A stretch of 64,000 nt of DNA from an uncultured bacterium (lineage in GTDB: Bacteria; Fermentibacterota; Fermentibacteria; Fermentibacterales; JCC-6), in contig CAZRXU010000001.1 in the NCBI GenBank assembly GCA_964604135.1, positions 16,535 to 80,534 on the forward strand, in the 5' to 3' direction. The notes beneath the pieces were generated by a model. The model had not been told where the DNA came from, ran no database searches, and was given only the letters and a program-made list of their open reading frames with translations. Each line of letters starts with the position of its first letter. The stretch's first letter is position 1. The position numbers and the translations under genes were made by a program. Positions 20,008-28,164 of this stretch are shown piece by piece.

Positions 20008-20633
20008 AAATCAGCGAAGCTCAGCAGAGACACCTTGAACAGTTTTCTCAAACGATAGAGATGATAAAAAGAACACAGGGGCAGCTTCCTTTCGCTCCTG
20101 CCATGGTCTCATGGGTTCGTATTATTATTCTTCCATTCAGTATCTGGGCTGGCTGGTATGCTCACTTCACCGTTATGTTCTGGTTGTGTCTTGTGGCGGC
20201 TTCAAGCGATTACATTGATGGCTGGCTGGCGAGAAAACTTAAGAAATCCAGTACTCCGGGTAAAACACTTGATATTCTGGCAGATAAACTGTTTCTCTCT
20301 GTAATGCTGATTTTTCTTGCCCGACTCGGTGTGGCAAACACCCTGCTGGCCCTTATCCCCGCGTGGTATCACATAGCTGTGGTTCTTGGTCTGCTGGTTG
20401 TTTCCTGGAGCATAAAAATACCGGTTGTAGCTATTACCACAAGTGAAAGGCTTACAATTATTCTTAGTTACGTAATGGTTCTTACAGCCGCTGGTGTGCT
20501 TGCTTATCCGGCGAAGAGCATATTTGTGAAATTGTTGTGGGTTGCACAGATACTTACGCCGATTGCTGCTATACTTGGCGTTGTGAGTTACTTCAGGTTC
20601 AGCAGAAGACTGATACAGAGGTACCTGCAATGA
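20004..20633 (+). CDS. CDP-alcohol phosphatidyltransferase family protein
   Basis: DYIDGWLAR..GKTLDILADK motif; TM helices. Confidence 0.88.
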   Translation: MKISEAQQRHLEQFSQTIEMIKRTQGQLPFAPAMVSWVRIIILPFSIWAGWYAHFTVMFWLCLVAASSDYIDGWLARKLKKSSTPGKTLDILADKLFLSVMLIFLARLGVANTLLALIPAWYHIAVVLGLLVVSWSIKIPVVAITTSERLTIILSYVMVLTAAGVLAYPAKSIFVKLLWVAQILTPIAAILGVVSYFRFSRRLIQRYLQ

Positions 20634-21298
20634 TCGCTGTTCTGCTTTTTATTGTGTGCTTCTCTCCGCTTGAACTGGAGCTGGCTGGAAAACTGCCGGA
20701 AGCAGGTGCTGCCTGGCAGGAAGACGGCAGCCTGTCAGGGCAGGTCAGGGTGATGGGAAGGCTTGTGGAGGAAGCAATATACGCAGGTGACGCCAGACGG
20801 GCATTTTTGCTGGCCGGTGAGCTGGGAAGCATCTGCAACGACGCAGATATTCAGCAGTTCTGGATGGCAAGGATTGCATGGGCTTCAGGTCTTCCTGTGT
20901 TGGCTGCGGAAGAGCTGAAGCAGATGAACCCGTCGGATCCGTGGCTTCTTCACAGAGCTCTCGGATTGTCCGCATTGTTTACAGAAAACGGTGAGGTAGC
21001 CATACGAGAGCTCACAATGTCTGTTGCCGCGGCTTCCACGGCAAGAAAGGCCTTCTGGAGCGGTATAGATCTGTGTTCCGCTTATTTGAATGCTGGAAGG
21101 TATTCTGATGCCCTGCAGCTGTCCCGTCTGATAAAAGTTCGTTACCCTGGAGATGCCATGGGCGATGTGATGTACGGGCTGTGCCTACAGGTTTCAGGGC
21201 AGTTCGGAGAGTCTTCAAGAGTATTAAATTCTATAGATATGGATAATCCGGCAGCAGTTTCTCTTGCCCGGAGTATTATGGAAGGATTTGAGCAGTGA
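20630..21298 (+). CDS. Hypothetical exported TPR-like protein
   Basis: Signal-like MIAVLLFIVCFS; helical A/G/L periodicity; ATGA overlap with upstream gene. Confidence 0.55.
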   Translation: MIAVLLFIVCFSPLELELAGKLPEAGAAWQEDGSLSGQVRVMGRLVEEAIYAGDARRAFLLAGELGSICNDADIQQFWMARIAWASGLPVLAAEELKQMNPSDPWLLHRALGLSALFTENGEVAIRELTMSVAAASTARKAFWSGIDLCSAYLNAGRYSDALQLSRLIKVRYPGDAMGDVMYGLCLQVSGQFGESSRVLNSIDMDNPAAVSLARSIMEGFEQ

Positions 21299-22188
21299 AA
21301 TTTATAAGAGATCTCTTTGGTAAACGAAGAGTAACCAGGGTTTCTTCCAACTGGAGCGATTTCAATTTCCCGTCTGATGTTACGGAACCAGAAGCCGTTG
21401 GAGTGTTTTCTTCTTCAGATATTTCCTCTGCGTGGTCGGCTGTTTACATGGCCAGTGTACTTCAGAATGTGTATCCCTCTATTCCGGTTCACTTTGTGAC
21501 TCACAGCAGTGTGGCCGAGCTCGCCGGATTCCTGCCGGTAACACCGCAGATGCACATATATACCGGTGACCCTGGATCAGTTGATCCCGAGATTCCAGAG
21601 GGTGTTCTTATGTTTTCTCCTCAGCCTGAAGACAGTTTGCTGCGTTTTGTGGAAAAAGCATCTCCTCTTGCGTGTGTTTCAACACAAAAAAACCCGGCTG
21701 TGAATATAATTGTTAAAATAGGATCTGATACTGTGTTACCGCATAGCATCTACGAACTGATGAAGGTTCTCAAAATGGAAGCAGATACAGCGTGGAAACC
21801 GGTAGTGCCGGGTGTTCTGGCCGAGAAGGCTTCCTCTGTTCTGTCCCCTGTGTCTCACCGCACACTGCCGTACATTCTGGCCACTGAAGCTGCAGCAAAT
21901 GTACTGGAGAAAAAACGGGCAGAAGTTCCACTTAAGATTGTTCTTGTAGACGGAAAGACTACTGTTATTCCACCGGAGACAAGTGTCGGTCTGCTGGCGG
22001 CAATGGTTGCCGGTGCTTCCGCTATGGTCACAACGGATCGGAATCTGTGGATACATGCAAGAGCTCTGGGAATACCGGTGATAGGGCTGGACAGAAAGGG
22101 AGTATTCAGCGGATGGGGAGGCGAGCCTGCACCAGGAGACACAATGTTTCTGGAGCAGTGGGCAACCCTTATCAGAGTTGGCTGGTAA
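21295..22188 (+). CDS. Hypothetical protein, divergent GT9 (heptosyltransferase)-like fold
   Basis: C-terminal ASAMVTTD..IHARALGIPVIGL resembles the GT9 motif. Confidence 0.5.
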   Translation: MKFIRDLFGKRRVTRVSSNWSDFNFPSDVTEPEAVGVFSSSDISSAWSAVYMASVLQNVYPSIPVHFVTHSSVAELAGFLPVTPQMHIYTGDPGSVDPEIPEGVLMFSPQPEDSLLRFVEKASPLACVSTQKNPAVNIIVKIGSDTVLPHSIYELMKVLKMEADTAWKPVVPGVLAEKASSVLSPVSHRTLPYILATEAAANVLEKKRAEVPLKIVLVDGKTTVIPPETSVGLLAAMVAGASAMVTTDRNLWIHARALGIPVIGLDRKGVFSGWGGEPAPGDTMFLEQWATLIRVGW

Positions 22189-22193
22189 CTTCG

Positions 22194-22595
22194 ATGAAAA
22201 AGGTAATTACATACGGAACATTCGACCTGTTTCACATAGGTCATCTTAACATGTTGAAACGGGCAAAAGCTCTGGGTGACTACCTTGTGGTGGCTGTTTC
22301 CACAGATGAATTCAACACCGGAAAACACAAACAGTGTGTTTATCCATACTCTCACAGAGCGCAGATAGTTGAAGCTATTCGTTGCGTGGACGAGGTGATA
22401 CCGGAGAACAGCTGGGAGCAGAAAATTGATGATGTCAGGAAACACTCCATAGGTATTTTTGTTATAGGGGAAGACTGGGCAGGAAAATTTGATTTTCTTA
22501 AGGAATACTGCGAAGTAGTTTACCTGCCCAGAACGAAGAGCATTTCAACAACATCCATCAGGAACACGGTAAAGAACGGTAAAACGATTATCTGA
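22194..22595 (+). CDS. tagD: Glycerol-3-phosphate cytidylyltransferase
   Basis: MKKVITYGTFDLFHIGHLN, VSTDEFN, WEQK, YLPRT..ISTT. Confidence 0.92.
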   Translation: MKKVITYGTFDLFHIGHLNMLKRAKALGDYLVVAVSTDEFNTGKHKQCVYPYSHRAQIVEAIRCVDEVIPENSWEQKIDDVRKHSIGIFVIGEDWAGKFDFLKEYCEVVYLPRTKSISTTSIRNTVKNGKTII

Positions 22596-23635
22596 TGAAA
22601 CTGCTGTTCTACATTTCAAAACTCTACTCTGTTCCAGTTGTGCAGCCTCTGGTGAACGAGGCAAAGAGCAGAGAGGTGGAAGTCGCATTTTTCGTCAGTT
22701 CAAAGGTAAAGAAAGACCTTCCCCATGAAATATCGGATCTTCCGGTATTTACAAACTTGAACAGTACCAAAGCTTTCAAGCCCAACTTTGTTTTGTGCCC
22801 GGGCAATTTCGTGGATTTCCGCTTGTCGGGAATAAAAGTTGAGCTTTTTCACGGCATTGGAGTAGAGAAGCCTTCACACTACAAAATCAGGCACTTTTTC
22901 GATATGTACCTTACCTCAGGGCCGGTTGTGACCGAAAGGTTTGCACAGATGCAGAACAGGTACAGATACTTCAGAACTGTGGAAACCGGGTGGCCGAAGA
23001 TAGATCATATTCTTAAATACAACACCACAGACCTTAAAAAGAAGTACGATATACCTGCAGGCAAAAAGGTTATTCTTTATGCTCCCACGCACAGCAGAAC
23101 CATGGAGTCTGCGACTCTGCTTCTTCCTGAGATTGAAAAAACCATGGAGCCGGATGAGATATGGCTGTGCAAGCCACACGAATTCATGAGCAGATCTCTT
23201 GTAAACGGAATTGCAGACAAACAGCAGTTTCGCCTGATCACCGATTACGATATTACCCCATATCTTCATCTGGCAGATATGATGGTTTCTGACACTTCTT
23301 CTGTGGTCTACGAATTCATGGTTCTGGACAAGCCGGTTGTAACCTTCAGAACACTGGCAAGAAAAGACAAAGGTATCAACATACAGGAGCCCCGGGAGCT
23401 GAGGGCTGCACTGGACCGATCCTTTCTGAATCCTGATGAGTTCTCGAGCAACCGGAAGCGTCATCTTGATGAGGTAAATCCCAGATTAGACGGAAACATA
23501 TCAAAGAACATCATTGATCTTCTTTCCACAGTAGACCCTGAGGAACCAGTGGGAACGAGGCGGAAACCGCTGAATCTGTACCGGAAACTTCAGATTATCT
23601 ATCACAGCCATTTCCGTAAGGGATATATGCGTTAA
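22595..23635 (+). CDS. CDP-glycerol glycerophosphotransferase family (TagB/TagF-like)
   Basis: FHGIG, TGWPKID, ILYAPT, KPH, MVSDTSSVVYEF..LDKPVV. Confidence 0.88.
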   Translation: MKLLFYISKLYSVPVVQPLVNEAKSREVEVAFFVSSKVKKDLPHEISDLPVFTNLNSTKAFKPNFVLCPGNFVDFRLSGIKVELFHGIGVEKPSHYKIRHFFDMYLTSGPVVTERFAQMQNRYRYFRTVETGWPKIDHILKYNTTDLKKKYDIPAGKKVILYAPTHSRTMESATLLLPEIEKTMEPDEIWLCKPHEFMSRSLVNGIADKQQFRLITDYDITPYLHLADMMVSDTSSVVYEFMVLDKPVVTFRTLARKDKGINIQEPRELRAALDRSFLNPDEFSSNRKRHLDEVNPRLDGNISKNIIDLLSTVDPEEPVGTRRKPLNLYRKLQIIYHSHFRKGYMR

Positions 23636-23749
23636 ATATTTGTAATATGAGCTGGAACAAACGAACGCTGTCGATGCTATTACCTCAGGTGTTACCTATA
23701 CGCCATATCAAGAGTAACAGTGGATTCAAACCGCCTGGCTGGAGGAAAA

Positions 23750-24280
23750 ATGAAGAGAGCGTCAACAGCGATAGTAGCAGTACTGGTACAAGTGTTTCTG
23801 ATCCTGACCGCCTGTGGTAATGACACAACAGGGATAACGCCTCCGCATAACCCTATGGATGAAGGCCAGGAAGCTATCGATAACTACGTGCACGCCTACA
23901 ACACCTTGGATGCTGACCTTCTTACAGTAACTCTGGACAGTGGATTCCTGCACCATCTGCTGGAGGAGAACTGGGCTGACTACAACGGAGACGGAGAAAT
24001 TGACAACACCTGGGGCTACAGCCTGGAACTCTCATTTGCAGAGGGGTACTTCTCCGCATAATACGATTGCTGCGAATTTTCTTTAGCAGGAGAGGAGCAG
24101 TATATCTGGCCCGATGACCAATCCGGGGAATCAATTGCATATCCCAGAAGCTATGTGCTGAAATTCTACAACACCGGCCAATCAGGGGTTACAGAAACAG
24201 GAAGCTTTATTCTTGTCTGCAAACCTGACAGCTCCGGAATCTGGCACCTCACACACCTGATCGATCAGGATTCCCTGTAG
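23750..24280 (+). pseudogene. Lipoprotein (NTF2/SnoaL-like) interrupted by an in-frame TAA
   Basis: GGAGG RBS, lipobox LTAC; TAA at 24059-24061, then the same frame stays open for 72 codons to TAG at 24280 (..GIWHLTHLIDQDSL). Confidence 0.7.
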
Positions 24281-24372
24281 AGCAGAGGGGCGTGTTCATT
24301 AGAACAATTATGTCCCTCCCCGGCTTTCCCGGGGGACCGAAATAGTTCGATAACTCCGGGATTGATGTGAAT

Positions 24373-24509
24373 ACTCCCTTTCAAGAACCGCTCGTTGCGG
24401 GCTGAAAGGGAGTGACCGTGCAAGTTACAAAGTGTTTAAACATTCGGTTACTTTGGTAAATGAATGCCGCCTTCAGGCGGCTCAAAAAATTGCCGCTTTG
24501 AGCGGTTCT
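24373..24509. repeat. Cluster of GC-rich inverted repeats
   Basis: ACTCCCTTTCA/TGAAAGGGAGT (24373-24413), GCCGCC-TTCA-GGCGGC (24466-24481), AGAACCGCTC/GAGCGGTTCT (24384-24393 with 24500-24509). Confidence 0.7.
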
Positions 24510-24543
24510 CATTTCTACAAACCTCCAGCTCTGTTTCGGGGGG

Positions 24544-24570
24544 TGACCTCCCACCAGATTAGGACAGTTT
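24544..24570. mobile_element. Possible solitary IS3-family-like terminal inverted repeat remnant
   Basis: TGACCTCCCACCAGATTAGGACAGTTT resembles IS3-type TG..GGACA ends; no transposase or partner end seen. Confidence 0.3.
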
Positions 24571-24608
24571 CATTTGCTGATGATTATCTCTTGTGACAAT
24601 ATTGCGAG

Positions 24609-24953
24609 TTATTGAATCAATTGCAATTCCACGACTATTTCCGTATAGGGGGAATCAGTCTTAACAGGAAAGGCCTGTACTGTAATAAAATCTCCTGATT
24701 GAATTCGCTCTGATCCGGAGATTGAGAGGTGAGCCCAAACATTGAGATGCCGACCTGCAGGATAATTACTGGGTACTTCAAGCAAATCTGTTACTACAGT
24801 GATTCCTGTTTTATCAGCAACGGAAAGCAAATGAGAGCAAACGGTAATTGAGGGTGCATCAAGCAGAGATACATCCCGAATTTCCACTCGACACATAGCT
24901 GTTGCTGGTAGCATAACCTGATTGCGCAGCAAAACTTTAACTTCGACTTTCAT
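24609..24953 (-). CDS. YbaY/YscW-like beta-sandwich protein lacking signal peptide
   Basis: LPATAMCRVEIRDVSLLDAPS resembles the YbaY LPxxA..DxSLxDAP motif; GAAAGG RBS. Confidence 0.65.
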   Translation of the reverse strand: MKVEVKVLLRNQVMLPATAMCRVEIRDVSLLDAPSITVCSHLLSVADKTGITVVTDLLEVPSNYPAGRHLNVWAHLSISGSERIQSGDFITVQAFPVKTDSPYTEIVVELQLIQ

Positions 24954-25136
24954 ATTATCAGCCTTTCAGTTGAGCAAAGATATCTTCTTTTACCAGAAGC
25001 CTTGCAAAAAATACAACACAGGCATTTGACATCACACGAGCGGCTGCAAAACACGCTGATTCTAGTCAACAGCGCTGCTATTCCTCTCCGATCGACATGC
25101 TTTCCATCTCGTCCGTGAGGTGCTGCTGCTCAATGT

Positions 25137-26456
25137 CTATTCACTGTCAAGCTCCAAATGTACATTTTCGTTCTCAGTTACCAGCCAGCAGTGTCGATTC
25201 GAATGGAACAGTGTTTTTTTGGCAAAATTTGCTGCCTTGCATCCACCACGGCAGACAGGTAACCACTCGCATTGCCTGCAGTATCCACTAATATCACTGA
25301 TTTGCAGACTGCGAAAGTAATTGAGGAATCTGGAGTATTTCCAGATATAACTAAATTTCTGGTTTTTTACACTGTCTGCAGTTACGCCTTCGAAGTAGTG
25401 GCAGGGAAGCACCTCACCAATTGGGGTAACCGTACAATAGTTAAGTGCACCCCCGCATTCACTCGGTTGTGTTTGGTCAATTCTGTAGTGGGGTGGCTCA
25501 GAGAATGTATGCTCAAATTCAAGGGCTGCAATCTCAAAGGGCCAATTGCCCCTCTGCTGCAGCAGGTATGTGTATACTTCTTTTACTCTTTCAGGGGGAA
25601 GCTCCAGTGTGCTGTTACTCTTACCGCGTCCGTTGGGAATAAACGGAATCAGTCTGAATCTCTTTGCTCCAAGCCGTTGAACCAGTTTCAGCATATTCGG
25701 AATATCATCAACATTATGCATCGAGATTAGAGTTCCTATAGTAATCTCATGTCCTGTTCTGACCAGTATTTCAATACCCCTAATCGCTTGATTAAAAGCT
25801 ATTTCGCTGCCTCTGACTCTTGAATAAATCTCAGAAGTGGATCCATCCAGACTAACCTGGATATTTGCCTGAAGTATTTTCAGCTCATCTGCAATTACTG
25901 GTGTGATGAGAGTACCGTTTGTAGCGAGGCTTATGGCCAGATTATTCCTCCTTGCTGCATAGGCAAGCTGGAAAAAATCTTTGCGAATAAGAGGCTCGCC
26001 TCCGCTGAAGGTGATTTCGCGCACTCGCATGTCTCTCCACTCGTTCAGTAGAGCAAGCCCCTCCTGAGTTGACAATTCATTCTCATGCTTTTTCTCAGCA
26101 GAAACAACGCAGTGAAGGCACCTCAAATTACACTCATTTGTTATTTCCCAGAAGATTGAGTCAGGAGGAGGGGCATCAAACCAGCGCATCTTTTCTTTTT
26201 TTATCCAGAGAAGCCCACTGCTTTCAAAATCATTAACGAAGCTTATTGTACGGGTTCTTATCTCATCCTCAGATGACATAAAGAGATTACATAGTTTAGC
26301 TATGATCTCTTCAAGAGACCTGCTGCCGTTGCTCAATTTAAGCAGACATGCTGCAGCCGCATTTATTTCAATATTTTCTTCACTGTAGGGCGATAGGATT
26401 CTAACTTGTTCATCTCTCCCGTGAATCATCTTGAATGGAAAGAAGGGGTAGCACAT
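25137..26456 (-). CDS. Radical SAM/SPASM protein with N-terminal PqqD-like RiPP recognition element
   Basis: N-terminal INAAAACLLKLSNGSRSLEEIIAKL..FVNDFESSGLL (PqqD-like); WEITNECNLRCLHC; FSGGEP; TNG; VSLDG; SPASM CX6CX5GX4C..CXXCX5CX3CX16C; GGAGGTG RBS before ATG 26456. Confidence 0.92.
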   Translation of the reverse strand: MCYPFFPFKMIHGRDEQVRILSPYSEENIEINAAAACLLKLSNGSRSLEEIIAKLCNLFMSSEDEIRTRTISFVNDFESSGLLWIKKEKMRWFDAPPPDSIFWEITNECNLRCLHCVVSAEKKHENELSTQEGLALLNEWRDMRVREITFSGGEPLIRKDFFQLAYAARRNNLAISLATNGTLITPVIADELKILQANIQVSLDGSTSEIYSRVRGSEIAFNQAIRGIEILVRTGHEITIGTLISMHNVDDIPNMLKLVQRLGAKRFRLIPFIPNGRGKSNSTLELPPERVKEVYTYLLQQRGNWPFEIAALEFEHTFSEPPHYRIDQTQPSECGGALNYCTVTPIGEVLPCHYFEGVTADSVKNQKFSYIWKYSRFLNYFRSLQISDISGYCRQCEWLPVCRGGCKAANFAKKTLFHSNRHCWLVTENENVHLELDSE

Positions 26457-26531
26457 TAAACACCTCCGATAGGGCACTAAAACCTATATTTACGTGTCTG
26501 GATTGATGATGCGAGTATTGTCGGGGAAACG

Positions 26532-26569
26532 GAGATTGTATCCCAGCAGAATTACAGGGATACAATCTC
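26532..26569. promoter_or_regulatory. Perfect 13-bp intergenic stem-loop
   Basis: GAGATTGTATCCC-N12-GGGATACAATCTC between the astacin and radical SAM genes; no U-tract. Confidence 0.75.
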
Positions 26570-26657
26570 TGAATCACTACAAGAGAGGAAGCTTGTTCAG
26601 GATGCTTCAACAGGCAGATTGCTCAGCTGCATGACTGAAGATCAGAAAACAGTCTTC

Positions 26658-28124
26658 TTATCTTGGATTGAAACCTCCATATCTACGGGTTCCCTCGCAT
26701 CCGCAATCCTCATTTGGATCGGCAAACTCGGTTGCTCTCCAGTTTGGATTGTAACCGTATCCCATGGGTGCAGGAGGAGCATATCCGTAGTCCATCGGAG
26801 CAGGAGGGGCATACCCGTAGCCCATGGGTGCAGGAGGGGCATACCCGTAGCCCATGGGTGCAGGAGGAGCATATCCGTAGCCCATGGGTGCAGGAGGGGC
26901 ATACCCGTAGCCCATGGGAGCAGGAGGGGCATATCCGTAGTCCATCGGTGCAGGAGGGGCATATCTGTAGCCATAACCGGGCATTCTGGAGCCAGCAAAC
27001 CTGTGACCTCTACTGAAGTAATTAGGTCGTACCTCAGGATAAACCCGGTGTCTCCATATCTCAGGTTTCATGTACGGTCCAGCCATACATCCAACTGTTG
27101 GTGCTGCCGCACAGAAAATTGGTGCAGGGGGACATCTGAGCAATGGAGCAGGGGGACATCTGTGTATCGGTGCAGGGTAACATATGGGTATCGGTGCAGG
27201 GGGACACCTGTGTATCGGTGCTGGGTAACATATGGGTATCGGTGCAGGGGGACACCTGTGTATCGGTGCAGCCATACACTGCATCACCGGTCCACCGGGA
27301 CAAACAAGTTGTGGGGGACAGAAAGTGGCAATTGCGGCGATATCACCTGCACTCAATCCGGTTCTTTGACCAATAACAGCTGTGGAGTCTGTAGGTGTAA
27401 TTGTGTCAGTGCCATCAATAGAGAAGGCCGCACGCCCGTAGTGCATAACCGAGCCGTAGTCATATGCTCCGATATCATCACCATCGGTGATATGCTGGTT
27501 GAAATTGTGTTCTCGTCCGGGAATAATCTTTGCCCAGTTGATTGTGACGAACGCATTTCGATCCTCGCGGCTGTGCTCGTGCCACAAACCAAAAGCATGA
27601 CCTATTTCGTGTATTGTGTTTCCTGTTGAGCACCCACCGGCAAGTGTGATAAACTGCTCACCCCCTTGGCGGCCTACCCAGGAGCTGCAGCCGTTGCCGG
27701 GTCTGAAGGTAACAAAATCGGGGTACTGTGCTGCATTTGCAGCAGTTCTAAGAATAAAGTTAACCTGGGTATTTGCTACCCAATGGGAAATAGCATCAGT
27801 TACTCGAGTTTGATTTGGAAGAGCGTTGTCAATTGTGTAGGGAATGAGACAGTTTGGCCATCTGTAATTGTCACCGGTGATTGCAACACCATTAGCAATT
27901 TCACCACGCATCTCCTGGCGGCGGATTTCTGTTTTTCGCTCAACCTCCTCGGCAGTGCCGAGAACAATATCTCCTTCGAAGATCGCAAGTCCGTCAACTA
28001 CGGTGTATTGAACTTCCTTTGAGTAGAAAGTAGCACCGTCAATGAATGCTGTGAGCACCACATCGGAGCTGTATTGCTCCCCATAGTCTTTAACTGTGTT
28101 TTTTCCTCTTTTCTTCTCAACCAT
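26658..28124 (-). CDS. Astacin-family (M12A) zinc metalloprotease fused to Cys/Pro and Tyr-Gly/Pro tandem-repeat tail
   Basis: FEGDI propeptide motif, HEIGHAFGLWHEHSREDR, Met-turn YDYGSVMHY; no signal peptide; GGGAGGAG RBS. Confidence 0.92.
   Translation of the reverse strand: MVEKKRGKNTVKDYGEQYSSDVVLTAFIDGATFYSKEVQYTVVDGLAIFEGDIVLGTAEEVERKTEIRRQEMRGEIANGVAITGDNYRWPNCLIPYTIDNALPNQTRVTDAISHWVANTQVNFILRTAANAAQYPDFVTFRPGNGCSSWVGRQGGEQFITLAGGCSTGNTIHEIGHAFGLWHEHSREDRNAFVTINWAKIIPGREHNFNQHITDGDDIGAYDYGSVMHYGRAAFSIDGTDTITPTDSTAVIGQRTGLSAGDIAAIATFCPPQLVCPGGPVMQCMAAPIHRCPPAPIPICYPAPIHRCPPAPIPICYPAPIHRCPPAPLLRCPPAPIFCAAAPTVGCMAGPYMKPEIWRHRVYPEVRPNYFSRGHRFAGSRMPGYGYRYAPPAPMDYGYAPPAPMGYGYAPPAPMGYGYAPPAPMGYGYAPPAPMGYGYAPPAPMDYGYAPPAPMGYGYNPNWRATEFADPNEDCGCEGTRRYGGFNPR
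26761..26970 (-). repeat. 7 x 30-nt tandem repeat encoding YAPPAPM[G/D]YG
   Basis: Units such as cccatgggtgcaggaggggcatacccgtag; differences mostly synonymous in the astacin frame. Confidence 0.97.
27075..27320 (-). repeat. 24/48-nt tandem repeat encoding Cys-x-x-[A/G]-Pro octapeptide units
   Basis: 48-nt unit at 27161-27208 and 27209-27256 (1 mismatch); 11 Cys spaced 6-8 residues apart. Confidence 0.93.
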
Positions 28125-28164
28125 TGCCTCTCCTCCCGTTGAAACAGTCTTCGTTTCGTATGGA

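Noticed and set aside
24059-24061. Stop-codon recoding (Sec/Pyl)
   Set aside because: The codon is TAA, not TGA or TAG; a nonsense mutation or sequencing error is simpler.
24958-25032. 24-aa ORF (MSNACVVFF..) between the rSAM and YbaY-like genes
   Set aside because: No Shine-Dalgarno and no precursor-like features.
25137-26456. rSAM as PqqE, MftC, NirJ/Ahb or anSME
   Set aside because: No pqq, mft or heme biosynthesis genes or canonical sulfatase nearby; the fused PqqD-like domain and the context point to a different substrate.
26761-27271. Repeats as a CRISPR array
   Set aside because: Head-to-tail units with no unique spacers, inside a coding frame, and no cas genes.
26619-27629. 336-aa + strand ORF and other alternative-frame ORFs over the repeats
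   Set aside because: Antisense or frameshifted shadows. Repeats of 24, 30 and 48 nt stay stop-free in several frames, and the variation is mostly synonymous in the astacin frame.
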